A stretch of DNA of 64,000 nt. It comes from Owenia fusiformis (taxonomy: Eukaryota). Positions 62,852 through 64,000 of the stretch are shown here, piece by piece. The notes under the pieces are model-generated. The model saw only the letters and a program-made list of their open reading frames with translations, made no database searches and was not told the origin of the DNA. Location: positions 8,928,001-8,992,000 of the forward strand of contig CAIIXF020000001.1 in assembly GCA_903813345.2 (NCBI GenBank), read 5' to 3'. The first letter of the stretch is position 1. Every line of letters starts with the position of its first letter. The translations under genes were made by a program, and so were the position numbers.

Positions 62852-64000
62852 GTAAGTATTGTTTCTCTCGTTTCTCTTACATATCATATGTTATGGTGAA
62901 ATATTATGTACCATTCGATGAACATTACTTATTATTAGAGAGATTTCGCACATAAGTGAAAGTACAACTTATACGTATACGTATAGTTAAAAGGGTCATG
63001 TCGAACTATTATATTTACTAAAATCAATTTTAAATTGTACTTAATTGAACATAACTATTCCCGTTATAGAAAAGCTCCATCAACTAGAGACTATGAATGC
63101 ACTGTCATCTGCACGTGTAGATTATGCACATTATAATTAAATGCTTGCTTCCGTGTCCTTGTAGTTGTAGTGTATTATAAACACGATCCTTTAAAGGGAG
63201 TCATGATTCTTTAAAGTGAGTCATTACATAAACAAGTTGATTATTTCAATGTTTTCATGATCAGTATAAGTTCAATGAACTTACAAAACGGTATATTTAC
63301 GTAGATGATAACGTATACAGTTGGATCTCCGTATAAAGATTTGCCTACTTGTGTGTGGAACAATTGACCGCAAGCATTTTTTAAAATTAATTGGCTGAGT
63401 GGGAACAGTATCCAATCAAATACTTTAACCATCAATTTGAAACACCAATCAAACCCATTCAGTAGCTCAACATATGACATACAGGGTGTTTCATAACGAG
63501 CATCTCCAAAAAGTCAATTTGAGAAGAGATGGGTCTATAACATATGTACTATATATGAGCCTATTTTATTCTAGACAAACACATTTGGATCAACTAAACA
63601 TGCTACAATTCAAGAAACTACAAATGGCATCCCTTTGACCTGTATTTATTACAGTCCGAGAAGATCTTTCCTGACGAAAAGCTCACATTATGAAACACCT
63701 TGTACGTTTACCTATAAGTATAAGTATACGTTATAAGTTGTACTTTCACTAGGTGCGAAATCTCTCTATTTATTCAACTTCTGGTGGTAAACTGTTATTT
63801 GCTTGATTAAATCTCCGTAGTGTAGATCGAACGAATCTGAAGATGACGATTTGACCACAAATTACGAATTAAACTAGTATTTCTATGAAAACGTTAATCT
63901 TTATGTTAAAGTAGTAGATCACAAACTCGTATATTCTCATTTCCTAAAATCCCAGTCCAAATCCATTACTTTTTCTCGAAAAATCGCTTGTTTTCCTCAA

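Overview
AT-rich animal (invertebrate, probably lophotrochozoan-like) genomic DNA with spliceosomal introns and a 500-nt assembly gap (598-1097); not prokaryotic. I reconstructed these genes by hand from splice sites and reading frame: (1) KICS2/C12orf66 (KICSTOR subunit), minus strand, 10 coding exons, whose intron 3 is a U12-type (minor spliceosome) intron; (2) GAPDH, plus strand, 7 coding exons, head-to-head with KICS2; (3) an intronless 5-HT6-like serotonin receptor with an unusual NAxxY in place of NPxxY; (4) NSUN5 rRNA m5C methyltransferase, minus strand, 9 coding exons, with a long Lys-rich tail; (5) the 5' part of a tandem doublecortin-domain gene (DCX-EMAP-like), which has a candidate alternative first exon. 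Non-coding DNA is dense in non-autonomous DNA transposons: Helentron/HINE-like elements with internal satellite arrays, TA-flanked MITEs, and a three-level nest. In that nest, a HINE contains a 5.6 kb TAG...CTA element with a 4-bp TSD, which in turn contains two fold-back CAC...GTG elements with 5-bp TSDs, one with RSS-like ends. A short palindrome also recurs near the 5' ends of the three housekeeping genes. Family calls rest on recalled motifs, not database searches.
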